A stretch of 64,000 bases of DNA. It comes from Selaginella moellendorffii (Eukaryota > Plantae > Lycopodiophyta). How positions within the stretch are numbered: position 1 is the first letter of the stretch; each line of letters opens with the position of its first letter. The notes beneath the pieces were generated by a model that worked only from the letters and a program-made list of their open reading frames with translations, had not been told where the DNA came from and searched no databases. This document shows, piece by piece, positions 41,761-54,444 of this stretch. The DNA lies in NCBI RefSeq assembly GCF_000143415.4, contig NW_003314327.1:393725-457724 (forward strand). Reading direction: 5' to 3'. The translations under genes were made by a program, and so were the position numbers.

Positions 41761-44700
41761 TCCGATGAACTCTTTATCATTTTGGTCATGCTTTCAAGGA
41801 TCCTTTAGCCTACGACACCTCGGGCAGTTGGTTCCTTAGAACTCCACCAGCCATAGAAGAAGTTTGATACCCACATCGAATGTCCCTTTTTAAATCTTAC
41901 GACTTGTTGACCATATCTCCGAGGGCATCCCCCCACTTAGTTAAGTTAGCCTCCTTGGCCAAAAGCCCATGACAACGGAATATAAGTGTCCCTATACCCC
42001 TCACCTCACCATACCCTAGTATGGGGTCGGGACTTGAACCCAGCCTTGCTTTACTAGGGGGTTGGGACTCGAACCCAACCTCTGTAAAATACGTCTATGG
42101 ATTCAACATCCCCACGGGGAGTCGAGTGTAGTGCCTTACGCTTGGTCGACTTAGCTAACCCATGCTAATTAGCTTACCTTCGGCGCACCTTCGGGTCCCA
42201 ACATATACCATTGCTCAACTTCACAAATTGATACTTTTTAATTGAACTTTGCATAAGTACACAGAGTTCTACCATGCAGAAATTCCTCCACTAGATCTCG
42301 CGTGTTTGCTAGGTTCTCCGGTTCCTATATTGCTTCACAGTGTGGAAATCCTTTCCACTTTACATGAAACTTTCTCACCTCGTGTCCTTGTCGCTTGCTC
42401 TTGCATGCATTGAGGATGCCCTTGACTTCGTATTCCTCTTCCCCTTGGATAACCTCAGGTAAAAGTTTCACTTGGTCCTTGCAAAGCGGATCCTCAAAGT
42501 ACGGCTTGAGTAGGTTCACATGGAATACTAGGTGCATCTTCCCCATCTCTCGAGGAAGTCGGAGGCGGTAAGCCACTTTACTGATTCATGCCTCAATCTT
42601 GTAAGGCCCCGCGAACCTGCTTAAGGAACTCAAGATCAGTTCATTTCTAGGAATACATGCATCATTACCTTTGGGTCAACTTCTGGCTGATCCCACTTGG
42701 TAGCCTTAGGTTCTTGGTGTTTAGCCACACCTTCTCCCTAGGTTGGAACTCTACGTCCCGACGCTTCTAGTTTGCGATACTTGGTTTGCCTTTGTTGAGC
42801 CCATTCCAAGGAATCCCTCACTAGATTCCAAATGTTGAGCCTTTCTGCTGTGAATGCCTCCACTACGGGTAACTCTCCATGATACTTAGCCACGTTGAGT
42901 TCCACAAGATCTTCAATAGCTCGCCCATTAATGACTTCCCATGGACTCACCCCGATACTCGAGTGTGGTCAGTTGTTATAACACATTTCTGCAAGTCCCA
43001 AATGACTTACCCAATTAGTCTGGTCTCCCGAGACATAGCATCGCAAATAATCCTCCAGCTGCCTATTCACCCTTTCCGTTTGTCCGTCTGTCAAGAAGTG
43101 TTAGTGCCATTGAAATTTACTTAATACCCAATACCTGTTTGTGGGTGATAGGCTATGCTGAATTTCAACTTAGTGCGATACTATTTCAAGAGAGTTCTTC
43201 AGAACCTATTGGTGAAGATTTTATCTTGATCTGAGATGATCTCTTTTGGCCTTCCCCGCACTCGAACCACTTGTTCGAAGAACAGCTTCGCCACACCTTC
43301 CACATTCACTTCCATTGTGGTGGGTATGAAATATGCCATCTTTAAAAATCAGTCCACCACCACGAATATTGCATCGAACCCCTCACTTGGGGGGAGTCCC
43401 ATGATGAAGTCCATTGTAAGACTCCACGAGCGGTCTGGAATTGGGATGCTTTGTAACAAGCCCCTATTAGCCTTAGTCACGGCTTTGACCTGTTGACATG
43501 TTAGACATGTCTTTACATAGTCTTTGACGTCCTTAGCTATATCAGGCCAGTGATACTTCCTTTTGAGTAAGCCCATCATCTTGGGCACTGCACCGTGTCC
43601 CGTAAGAGGTCTGTCATAACACTCTTTTAAGGCTATCTTCCTTAGTTCCTCTTCTGAAACATACACCCTCGTTTGTTTATAATAAATGAGTCCATTGTGT
43701 TCCACATAGCCTATTTTCTCTTCCGTTAGCAGCTCACCTCTCTGGTGAGCTTCCCGTGCCTCCTGGTTCCTTAGCAACACTTCTTGTGCTAGACCATGGT
43801 TCTCATATGCTATCCGCACATCATCCCAAAAGGTTGCTATCGCGCTGGATATCGCCAACTTTATGCTCGCTTTTCGACTTAGAGCATCTGCCACAATGTT
43901 GCTCTTCCTAGGCTTGTACAAAATCTTGCAATCAAGCTCGGCCAAAGCATTGGCCCACCGACTTTGTTTCCCTCTTAGGTTGGGTTGCAACAAAAAGTGT
44001 TTCGTTGCCACATTGTTCATGTAAACTTTGAAGTGCCTTCCAAGGTAGTGTCGCCACTCCTTGAGTGCCTTGACCACTGCAAATAATTCCTTTTCGTGGG
44101 CAGGCCATTTTTGCTGAGTCTTGTCCAACTTCTTCGAAAAAAATGCCACTGGGTGGTTATCTTGCTTCAAAATTGTGCCTAATGCAAAATCCAAAGCATC
44201 CGTTTCTACCTCAAAGTCCTTACCAAAGTCGGGTAACACCAACACAGAGGTCTTCCTCAACTTCCCTTTGAAGTGGAAAAATACCACCTCACATTCTGCT
44301 GTCCATACCATCTTTCTTTTACCCGTTTGGTCCGTTAATAGCAGGGCTACTTTCGAATAGTGTTTAATAAACTTTCGGTAGTAGTTGCATAGCCCCAAGA
44401 ACGCCCTTAACTCATGTACATTCAATGGTCACTCCCATTCCTGGATTGCTTGGACCTTCTTAGAGTCCACCTTGAGCCCATATTTGCCCACCACATGCCT
44501 GAGAAACTTTACCTTTTGTTGAGCAAAGTCACATTTGCTCTCTTTAGCATACAGCTTGTGTTTCTTTAGTTTCTCAAACACCTTCGTCAAGTGTTTGACA
44601 TGCTCCTTTAGCGTTTCGCTATAGATTAGGATATCATCAATATAGACGACCACAAAGTGATCCAAATAAGGTACAAAGATGTGGTTCATCAGCACCAAAA

Positions 44701-47700
44701 ACGTTGTCGGCACATTGCACAGCCCAAAGAGCATCACCAGAAACTCGAAGCTCCCATACCTTGTTCGACAGGTTGTCTTCTCGACATCTTCCTCTGCTAC
44801 CCTGATTTGGTAGTATTCTGACCTTAGGTCAATCCTCGAGAAGTATTTTGCTTTTCCCAACCTATCGAACAAGTCATCAATCCTTGGCAAAGGGTACTTG
44901 TTTTTCTTTGTATACTTATTGAGCAACCGGTAGTCTATGCATATACGCATAAATCCATCTTTCTTTTTCACAAATAACACCAGTGCCCTATATGGTGACT
45001 TGCTCAACCTAACATACCTTTTGTCCACCAACTCTTCTAGTTGGTGCTTGAGCTCCTCGAGTTCCTTTTTGTTCAAACGATAGGGGGGACGAACCATCGC
45101 CTTAGCACCCTTGACCAGCTCAATCTTGTGTTCTATCAATCACGTGGGAGGTAGCCCCGCTAGTAGCTCCTCCAGCATGGTATCTTGGAATTGGTCCAAC
45201 ACCCGCTGGATCACTAAAGGTATTTCTTCCATTCTTGTCTTTTTATCACTCTTCACTAAGAATAAGCATAAAAATGCTACTTTGGTTCCTTTAGTGAGTT
45301 GTCCTCTTGTGGACACCAGGTTTAAGCAAGAGTCTTTGACCTTACATTGCCTTACTTTTAGATCCTGAGCCTCCACCTTGGATCGTTCTCCCCAGGCATT
45401 CGCTAGTACCATAAGGTTCCTCCCTTGTCTATGCAAGGCTACTATGAACCGATTGAACCAATCCATCCCGAAGATTATGTCAAATCCCGCCATGTCCAAC
45501 ACGGTGAAATCCATGTCTACTTTCTATGTCCCTACTTCGACTCTCGCTTGTCGAAGTATCTCATCGGTGCTTTGGCTACCTTGAACAAACTCTATCGTCC
45601 TTGGTTCACTCAGCCGCTGCACCGTTAGTCCGGCTTGCCAAACTATGTCTGTAGCCACAAAATTATCCGAAGCACCCATGTCAATAAGGATCTTAACAAA
45701 GCTACCTTTGAGCTTCCCTCGAAGGGCTAGTAGATGTCGCAAACGACTTTTTACCAAAGTTGCTCGTGTAATGAGTAACTTTGAGCTAGGGACTGGATCA
45801 CATACCTCAGTTTGGATTTCACCCGACTTAATGGCCATATTGGCTCTAGCCTTCTTCGGGTAGGGACATTCCCTTGAAAAGTGTCTCGCTTCACCACAGT
45901 TGTAGCATATGTTGTTTCCCACACTGCTAACCAGCTTGACCTTCTTATCCGTGGGTTTGTCTCTTTTTGCTTGACTCCCCCACATACTTGCTCGTTGGCC
46001 ACCAAATCTGCCATTCCAAAACCCCGAGGACTCATTCTTAGAGAAATTCTTCTTGAATTTCCCTTTGCTACATGTTCCCCTTGGTTTGGCCCTTTTGCTA
46101 AACATGGACCCTAACCCCGTCGTGTTCCCTTTTCGTAGGTTATCATTGAAATGCACCTTGATGGCCGCATCCAACGCTTCCTTGTGGTTAGTCAGGTTTC
46201 AACGCATCACTTCACCACGAGCCTAGGTTTGCAAGCCTGATATGAAGGCATGGAACGCATCCATATCCCCCATGTTTGTGACAAGTATCCTCTTTACCAT
46301 AAACCCATTCACATACTCCTGAATGGTTCCAGTTTGCTTTAGCCTACTCAACTTGTCCCTTAGATGCAGAGTAGCATTTGGAGGAACGTAAGTCGCGCGA
46401 ATCCTCGCCTTCATCATTTCCCAAGTGGCCACTGGTCCTTTGTTGCCCTCTGTCGTTCTCCACCAAGACTTGGCATTATCTGCCAAGTATGGTTTTGCAC
46501 ATGGGACCTTCTCTGAGCTCGGTAACTACAACGCTTGGAAGTAGTCCTTCATATCGTAAAACTAATCCTCCACCACCTTATAGTCATTCACTCCCTTGAA
46601 GACCGGTGGGGGCTTTGGTTTGTACTTGGGAACTGTCTGAGGGACTGATTCCACTTCAGTCTGTTCGACCTTGTTTGGTTCTGCCTCAGCCCCTACCGAA
46701 GGGTCCACAACTTCTGCGCTGCCAACATTCACAGTCTTTTGCTTTTTCTTCCGCTTCTCGTCACGCTTTAACTTGCGTATGAGAGTCTCCAGCAAGGCAT
46801 TAGTCTGTGCCAATTGTCCTTCTAGAACATCCAATCGAGCCTTGGATGACCGAACCTCACCACTAGACTCTTATTTGAAAGTTTCCTCACTGGAGTCCTC
46901 CTCATGCAAGGATTCCTCATCCATAGCCTCTTGTTCGACCGGAGGCTCCAGCTCTAGAGGAGGTTCCGTCTCTGCCTTGGTTCGTTTTCGCCCTGCTTTT
47001 GCCATCTCCTAGTAATCCGCCTCTATCCTTCGCTAGAACTGAGAAAAAAGCTCTAATACTAAATTGTAAGCCACAAATTTTTCCTTTCCAATTTGCCAGC
47101 TTACCTCGTCTATCCGACCAACACTATCTTGGCTTTAGCTAAGTTCCCTTGCCAAGGTTCTCGCCTATGGTACCAGCTCCTACTTGGTCCTACTTAGTAT
47201 TAGCTACTCACTGCACGAGCAATGGAGTGTTAGCCATCCATTCACGGATTCCCAAATCTCTCCCAATCCCCCTCCCCATGTTAGACTGGACTTAAGGTTT
47301 GGCTACACTCCCTGCAGGCACAAGCAGCCAAGCACACCAAGCCTCCAAGTTCCTAACACCCCTTGGTACCACAAGACTTTATCATGGGACCCTCTAAATC
47401 CCAAATCTTGGGTGCAACACTTGCTTCGGGACGCCGAGGTGAAACACCGTGGCCTAACGACCTGGTATGGGTACCTCTACCCCCCCTCTTCCATCCCGAA
47501 GGGAAGGCCCAAGCCCCTAGGCAGGGTGAGGACCAATGAGCTGCAAGGTACTCAAGTGGGACACCACTCCACATGAGCCGGGAGCACCGCAGTCGGTTTC
47601 CCTTTTGGGAGTGGGAGCTGCTCTTGAGCACTTCCTTGGGTGGCCCCTCCGGCACCACCCGAGTCCATGTTCACTCCCACCCAAGGCCCCTTGGCCCCAG

Positions 47701-47781
47701 TCTCAACCTCAAGTCAGTTTGGAAGCACTACTAGAGAGTTCCTTCAAGACTGGTTCCTAGACCTCACTATCCCTACTATAC

Positions 47782-47881
47782 NNNNNNNNNNNNNNNNNNN
47801 NNNNNNNNNNNNNNNNNNNNNNNNNNNNNNNNNNNNNNNNNNNNNNNNNNNNNNNNNNNNNNNNNNNNNNNNNNNNNNNNN
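47782..47881. other. Assembly gap (100 N)
   Basis: Run of N; the flanks repeat the same LTR segment. Confidence 0.99.
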
Positions 47882-48292
47882 AACCCGGGGGCCTAACGCC
47901 CGGGTAGGGGTACTTTTACCCCCCTTTTTCCTTCCGGAGGGGAGGGCCCAAGCCCTTGGGCGGGGGGGGGCCCAATGAGCTCCAGGGTTTTAAAGGGGGC
48001 CCCCCCTCCCCAGGAGCGGGGGGCCCCCCAGTGGGTTTCCCTTTGGGGAGGGGGAGCTGTTTTGGAGCCTTTCCTGGGGGGGCCCTTCGGGCCCCCCCGG
48101 GGTCCATTTTCTTTCCCCCCAAAGGCCCTTGGGCCCCATTTTAAACCTAAAGTCAGTTGGGAACCCTTTTTAGAGAGTTCCTTAAAGAGGGGTTCTTAGC
48201 CCCCCTTTTCCCTATTATATTTTGGGAACCCCCTACAGCCCCCCCCCCCCCCCGGGAAACGCACACTTTGGGCACACCCTTAACCCATATTA

Positions 48293-48560
48293 GTACTCGG
48301 ACTTGATCTCGGACTCGATCTCGGACTCGATCTCGGACCCGACTTCGGACTGGGTCTCGGACTCGATCTCAGACCCGATCTTGGACTCGACTTTGGACTC
48401 GACCTCGGACTCAGTCTTGGACCTGATTTGGATCTCGGACTCTGTCTCGAACTCGGTCTCGAACTCGGTCTCCGATTCAGCCTCAGACTCGATCCCGAAC
48501 TCTATCTCGAACTCGGTCTCAGAGTCCGTCTTGGACTCGATCTTCGACTCGGTCCCATCC
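48293..48560. repeat. GACTCG-type tandem repeat in the second gypsy LTR
   Basis: Same unit as 41434-41760. Confidence 0.9.
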
Positions 48561-51500
48561 GATGAACTCTTTGTCATTTTGGTCATGCTTTCGGGGATCC
48601 TTTAGCGTACGACACCTTGGAGAGTTGGTTCCTCACACTATTGAGTAGAATGTTGCTGCCACTGTGGATGAGCTATTCGTTGGTGAAGAAACAATTGGAG
48701 GATCTTCCCGCTCACCTCCTCTAGATTCTCTCATGACACCACCACCTCGTCAAGAGATTGGAGCTGTTACCCGTTCAAGACGAGTGAGCAAGCCAACAGT
48801 CAAACCTCTAGAATCTCTTGCTCAACCTCCATGCAAGAAGGGGTTCTACTGGGCCATGAGCTCCATTGCTGAACCTCATGGCTACCAGTCCTAATGCCTC
48901 ACAGTGGCAAGCGGCCATGCAAGACAAGTATGACTCACTGATCAAGAATGGAATCTGGACATTGGTTCCCCTCCTTCCTGGTAGGAAGGTAGTCACAGCC
49001 AAGTGGCTGTTCAAGAAGAAATATCGAGCTGATAGCAGCATTGAGCACTACAAGGCACGCTTTGTAGCTCGTGGTTTCTCTCAGATCCAAGGAGTTGATT
49101 ACTCTGAAACTTATAGCCCTGTTATAAAACTGACAACAATTCATGTTTTGATGAGCCTTGAAGCTAAGCTTGACCTAAAGCTCCATCAACTTGATGTGAA
49201 AATTGCTTTCCTGAACGGTGATCGTGAGGAGGAGGTGTACGTTGCCTAGCCTCCTGGGTTTATATGTCCTGGACAAGAGCATCTTGTTTGCCGCTTGCAC
49301 AAGGCTCTCTACGGGTTGAATCATGGTACACTAAAATTAACAGCTTTCTAACCTTGTTGGGCTTTACTTGCAGCACAATTGATAATAATCTCTACATATA
49401 TCAAGATGGCCAAGGATTTCTATTCTTAGCCTTATATATGGTATTAGCCTCCAACCAAATGTGACTCATCCACCACATCAAGGCCTCAATCTGGGAAACT
49501 TGCACTACTATCTAGGAATTCAAGTCTGCCGGGATAGGCAACGTGGAGTACTTGAGCTGTCCCAGGAGAAATACATCCATGACATTCTCTAGAGGTACTC
49601 TATGCTTAATGCTAACCCGGTGGCTACTCCTATGGAAGCAGGCTCAAAGTTGTCCAAGGCTTTTAGTTTGACATCAACCTTAGATGACAATCCCGAGGAG
49701 GAGACCACAACACTGTACCGTTCAGTGGTCGGGGGCCTCATCTACTTGATGGTCTCAACTAGGCCTAACCTCGCATTCAGTGTGGGAGCAGTCTCAAAGT
49801 TCTTGGACAATCCATCACCCTCACATTGGGCTGCTGTGAAGTGGATCATGAGGTATATGAGTGGCACAAGGAAATTCACACTGAAATATGCAAGAGGAGA
49901 TGGAGACAACAGCCTGGTGGGATTCACAAATGCAGACTGGGCAGGAGATCTAGATGACAGAAGATCCACCTCAGGGTATGTCTTCATGTATAACCATAAC
50001 ATGGTTAGCTGGTGTTCCAGGAGGCAGCAGATCACTGCGATGTCCTCATGCGAATCTGAATACATTGCAGCTGCAGCAGCAGCGAAAGAGGCCATCTGGC
50101 TTAAGACGTTGCTGCAGGACCTCGGGATTCAAATTCCAGCAGTCAAACTCTACTGTGACAATATGTCTGCAATAGCATTGACTCGGGATGCGAGATTTCA
50201 CTCACACACCAAGCACATTGAGTTGAGGTTTCATTTCATTTGGGATCAAGTCAACAATGGAACAATCAACCTGGAATTCTGTCTGACCAGCTCAATGGTC
50301 ACTGATATCCTGACGAAGTCCTTGCCTCGAGTGAAGCATGAACTCTTCCTCAAATCACTCCGTTTGACTGACGGTGAGAGCCTTGAGGAGGAGTATGGAG
50401 ACAAATGATGACAAGTCTCCACGTCAGCAAAGAAAACAAGTCATTCATCCAAGACACTAATCGCCAAGCATCACACCCATACTGTTATGTACATAACCAT
50501 ACCAAAGCAATGAAGTCGACAGAGCATTCCACACACAAAATCACACATCTACAGAAGCAGTGAGCGTGGTGAAAGGAATGCTGCTCCTGAGTGTCATGGT
50601 GGAAGACAGTGCCCCTCAGCCTGGAAGTGGCAGAAGGTGAAGATTGGAAAGATGGCATTTCAAGCACTGGGAGCACTAGAGGTGGAGGTAGAGAAGGATG
50701 AAGTTGGATATGCTGGAGCTGAGATGTGGGAAGAACATGCACAAGAAATAAGAAGAGCTTGTTCTTGGCAAGTTAGTATCTCCTTCCAATTTTTCCAAAA
50801 CGCTGAAGGCAGCAGCACAGGAGAAGCTACAAGCCGAGTGCTGTGATTCTGGGAGCGCTCAAGGCATGTTGTAGCGCCAGCAATCCAGTTTAGAACGGTC
50901 ACCAACCTTTACGTGGTGAGTGGTCTGGTTCATAAGGCAGCATGGCGGGTTTGCATGATCCAAGTGACGTGGAACTTGCCGATTCAAGGCTATACCAACA
51001 ATGGGGAAATTCTGAGAACTTTGGGCATCTTATCAATGGTTCTTCTATGATCCCGGTCGTTTGTGCTCAAGGGGTGTAGCAAGTTGGCGGTGGAACAAGA
51101 TGGAAGGCTGATCGATGGAAAGCTTGTTAAGGTTGTTTCTTGCTGGTGGAGAGGATTTCGATCAGATTTATCATTGAATATAGTATAGACTTTGATCGAG
51201 TCATGTCCATTGCTCCACATGTCTCTTCGACTCTCTTGCTACTCCACAGGCCCTTCCACTCTCTTGCTAGTAGTACATGCGGAACCTGTAGAAAACCTCC
51301 TGCTGTTACAAATGTCACAGGACGGTGTTGGCTTCCATAAACTACACTGTTTACCAGAATTATGACGACACGGAGGCATGTCAGAAGTGTCAGGAGCGTC
51401 ATCGCTTCAAGGCCCTGGTGGTTGTAGGAGGATTCAGCTGGAGAAAGAAGAAGATTGGCATTAGAACTCGAATTCTTATCTACAGATAGGGATAGTTGAT

Positions 51501-51796
51501 GTAGGGAACCTGGAAGATCGTGACAACAGTTGTCGATTCCCGCTACTCCTATTTTGTCTTGGGTTGAGATGATGGATGTTACAAGCAACTAGCCTTAGTG
51601 GCGCTCGAAGAGAAAAAGGCTGTCGTGCCAAAAACAGTTAATAAGAAACAACATAAAGACAACACTCACTGTTACGAAGAAAGACCCGCGGAATTGCAGT
51701 CTACTCTAAGTTCTGTTCTATAGCTCGTTCAAATTCTACACAGGAAGTAAGAAGATTAGAAAAGGAAGAACATACATTACAAAACCACAACACTTA

Positions 51797-52000
51797 CCAG
51801 CTATTGTCGAGGTGACCCTGAGCTCCCAAGTTGCAAATATCTCTCGCAGCTGTTCAATTGCTTGGGTGGTGACAAGAGTTCGCGGCTTTATCCACGTGAT
51901 GGTAACAGTGGCATCCACGCCATCCATGATTCCTTCAAGAATGTGTTCAGAGAACATGTGCATGAGCAAGAATTCCACGTCACGGTTCACTTCTTTCTGT
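51797..52000 (-). pseudogene. Fragment resembling the C-terminal PCI region of 26S proteasome lid subunit RPN9/PSMD13
   Basis: DVEFLLMHMFSEHILEGIMDGVDATVTITWIKPRTL...IEQLREIFATW resembles RPN9 DVEyLLMkslSvHLIEGiIDqVdgtVhvsWvqPRvL; bounded by splice-like sites. Confidence 0.65.
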
Positions 52001-52804
52001 AACAAAGTCAATTAATATGTTCCACAGCTAGGAACAAACACAAAGTTTTAAGACTTGAACATCATACTTCGTGATTAGACACCTCAGTTTCATTACTTCA
52101 AACTTGAATCGTGGAAAACTTTCAAAGTAAACGGCTGGAAAGATCTTTTCCGTGTAAAGCTTGACATTGGCAGTGTTGAACGTGGTGAGTTGACAACGTC
52201 GTTTTTCTCCCTGAATAATTCATGATAAATGGTACTGTTCAAAACCAACTTAAACCTTACCAGATCCGCTTGGCAGGTTAGGAGGTCACCAAAGTCACAG
52301 CAAGTGAAAATAGCAGCGAATACCATTTCATCCAAGATAAGCTCACTACAAGATATGAACTTCATTACGGAGATGCTGGCTGGAGAATTACTGATGGTGC
52401 TGTACTTCGTACATGACTCACACACAGAGTAACAATATGTAGTCGTAGGTAGATACCTCTCTGGTGTCTTTATAAGCTGCTCGCAAACATGCCAGGATTG
52501 ATAACCCGTGGTGGTAGAGAACTTTCATGTCCTCGGTATACCTGAAGTATTCGTAGAGCTGTTACTGTAGAGCGTCTCTGAATGACGGATGCAACGATGT
52601 TCTGTCCAACGTGTTTTCAATGTCTTCCAGATGCATTCGACACTCGCTTTTGCGCAGCCACGAATAGTTTTCCCAACAGAACGGCTTCTATAGGAAGACC
52701 AAGCTTTTGCAGTGCTTCCGTGTAGTCTAGATGCCACTCTCGAATGAGTGGATTCACCACCAGCGTCTGCCATTTCTGAACAAAAAAAAAAGTGAAATGA
52801 ACCT

Positions 52805-53228
52805 TTCCTGGGATGATCTTAATCCACGGTTGAAGAAGACCATGCCTCTTCTTCCAATCTCGAAGAAGTACAATAAACATTCCACTACCCTTCAGAGCAG
52901 AAAGTTTTTTGCAATAGCTTGTCGGGTCCTTGGGAAGGCCATAGGAAATAACAGCATTTACACCATCTGGAATGGTGTCTAATTTGCACCCGTCCGCCAA
53001 TATGATGAACCTGGCTGTTGGCTGTTGGTAGCTGAGCCAAACCTGAGCTGGCTGCCCTGTTTTTGCTTCCACAATATCTCCCACGGTTTTGAGCTGCGAC
53101 GAAGTATCAGACCAATAAATCAGGCACCTTGTGAGACCCGGAAACAGAACACCAATGTTCTCTACAACGCGTCCGAAGTTTCGAAGCTTTCCGACCAGCA
53201 CGTACTGAATGACATTCTTGGGAAACAT
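52805..53228 (-). pseudogene. Degenerate helicase C-terminal (HELICc)-like segment
   Basis: LDTIPDGVNAVISYGLPKDPTSY resembles D.P.V..VI.YdlP.d...Y, but motif VI (HRxGRxGR) is absent. Confidence 0.4.
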
Positions 53229-53326
53229 ATACTGTAACGTACGAGGTTTAAATGACGCGCTACAATAACTTTTTTAAATAGTAAGCCATATACTTTGTCA
53301 CCATTCTCTTCGAGAGTATCACCGAG

Positions 53327-53865
53327 AGAATTGCACTGCGGCTGGCCTGAACGCTCACACCCTTGCATCGCCTGTGCCAACTAACGGGGTTACAACGACA
53401 TATCTTGGTTGATGGAAGTACACTTACGTCGTGGTCCGTGTTTGCTTCATTATGAACTTGACAAACTCCAGTAACGATTTGGTTATCATGCGTACTTGTG
53501 CTTTTGTCGCAGGACTGAAAGATGGAGCTTGCGAGCAGCGTCGGATGTCCTTGTAGCTACCAGAAGCCAAACAAGTATGTAATGTCACAGAACACTCCCA
53601 TGTAGCTCTTGGTGTGGCGCCTCATTGTTGGAAGCTTTGCAAGAATTGCACTGCGGCTGGCTTGAAAGTCCAGATCCTTGCATCACCTGTGCCAACGAAC
53701 AGGGTCACCACGACATATCTAACTTGATGGAACTACCTGTACTGCAGGACTGAAAGAGCGGCGTCGGATGTCCTGGACACTACCAGAAGCAAAAGAATAT
53801 ATATACAAAGCTATCTCACAGAAAAATTTCACGTGCCTCTTGGCTTGGCGCCTCGTTGTTGATCT
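53327..53865. repeat. Imperfect local tandem duplication
   Basis: gaattgcactgcggctggc...ccttgcatc.cctgtgccaac...acgacatatct...gcaggactgaaaga...ctaccagaagc occurs from ~53327 and again from ~53643. Confidence 0.8.
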
Positions 53866-54444
53866 TCTGATCCTAGAAACAGTGGCAATGGCCCATAATA
53901 TCGTGTCTCGATCATCGCACAGCACAGCTTTACCTTGTTATCCATCGCAAGATCTGCTATGTGTCTCTCCGGCTGCAAAGCCACACTGAGGCTCGAGAAT
54001 CATCGCAGAAACGAAGTCCTACATTTCAATCCGATGCACAGCGCCAGCGGCAACCTGCGATCTAGCAGCGGGCCGCAAGCGGCAATGCGCAAACAGCAGC
54101 GGTCGCAGGCGGCAAGGCGCAATCCACCAGCAGCGACGAACCCTAGCTCCTGGCAAATGAAATGTGGCTACAAGTAGTCGCTCCTTACTCCTTGCCGCGA
54201 GCTCCATTTGAATGTATCCGACGTGGCGGAACCAAGGTTTTAGCTTTGAGCTCGGGCGAGATTCGAACCGGGGATGGCTGTGAGCACGCTCGCTCACGAC
54301 CCCTTCCCCACAAGCCCTAGGGCTGACAGAATATCTGTTTGTGCGGCAAGTCAGAATATGCTCGTTTCGTTTCTCGGTGGAGAAGGAGCTCGCAAATTTG
54401 AGGCAAAATTTCCATCGAGCGATGTCTGGAATGGAACTGGATGC

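Larger units (their letters stand above)
40617..48637 (-). mobile_element. Ty3/gypsy chromovirus (gag-PR-RT-RH-INT-chromodomain); defective
   Basis: LTRs 40617-41840 and 47065-48637 (gap inside), degenerate Met PBS ~47050-47061, gag ATG 47005, [36 protein letters not shown], integrase, chromodomain EYEVKGIL...VKWKGFP at ~42450-42290. Confidence 0.93.
38550..50553 (+). mobile_element. Ty1/copia element (family B) with 160-bp LTRs, interrupted by a gypsy; defective
   Basis: LTRs 38550-38709 and 50394-50553, TSD GAAGC on both sides, PBS TGGTATC at 38710, gag zinc knuckle CNYCGKMGHVEHEC, protease LDSGAS, RT (QLDVKIAFLNG), RNase H ORF 49602..50408, PPT GAGGAGGAG. Confidence 0.93.

Noticed and set aside
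41345-41808. Ser/Pro/Arg- and Ser/Asp-rich ORFs; CRISPR-like appearance of the periodic repeat
   Set aside because: Translation of a 6/12-bp LTR tandem repeat; no unique spacers, eukaryotic context
47882-48260. Gly/Pro-rich ORFs next to the gap
   Set aside because: Low-quality read-end copy of LTR sequence with homopolymer inflation
54250-54290. GGTTCGAATC B-box-like motif on the minus strand
   Set aside because: No T-stem pairing, A-box or cloverleaf; not a supportable tRNA or SINE
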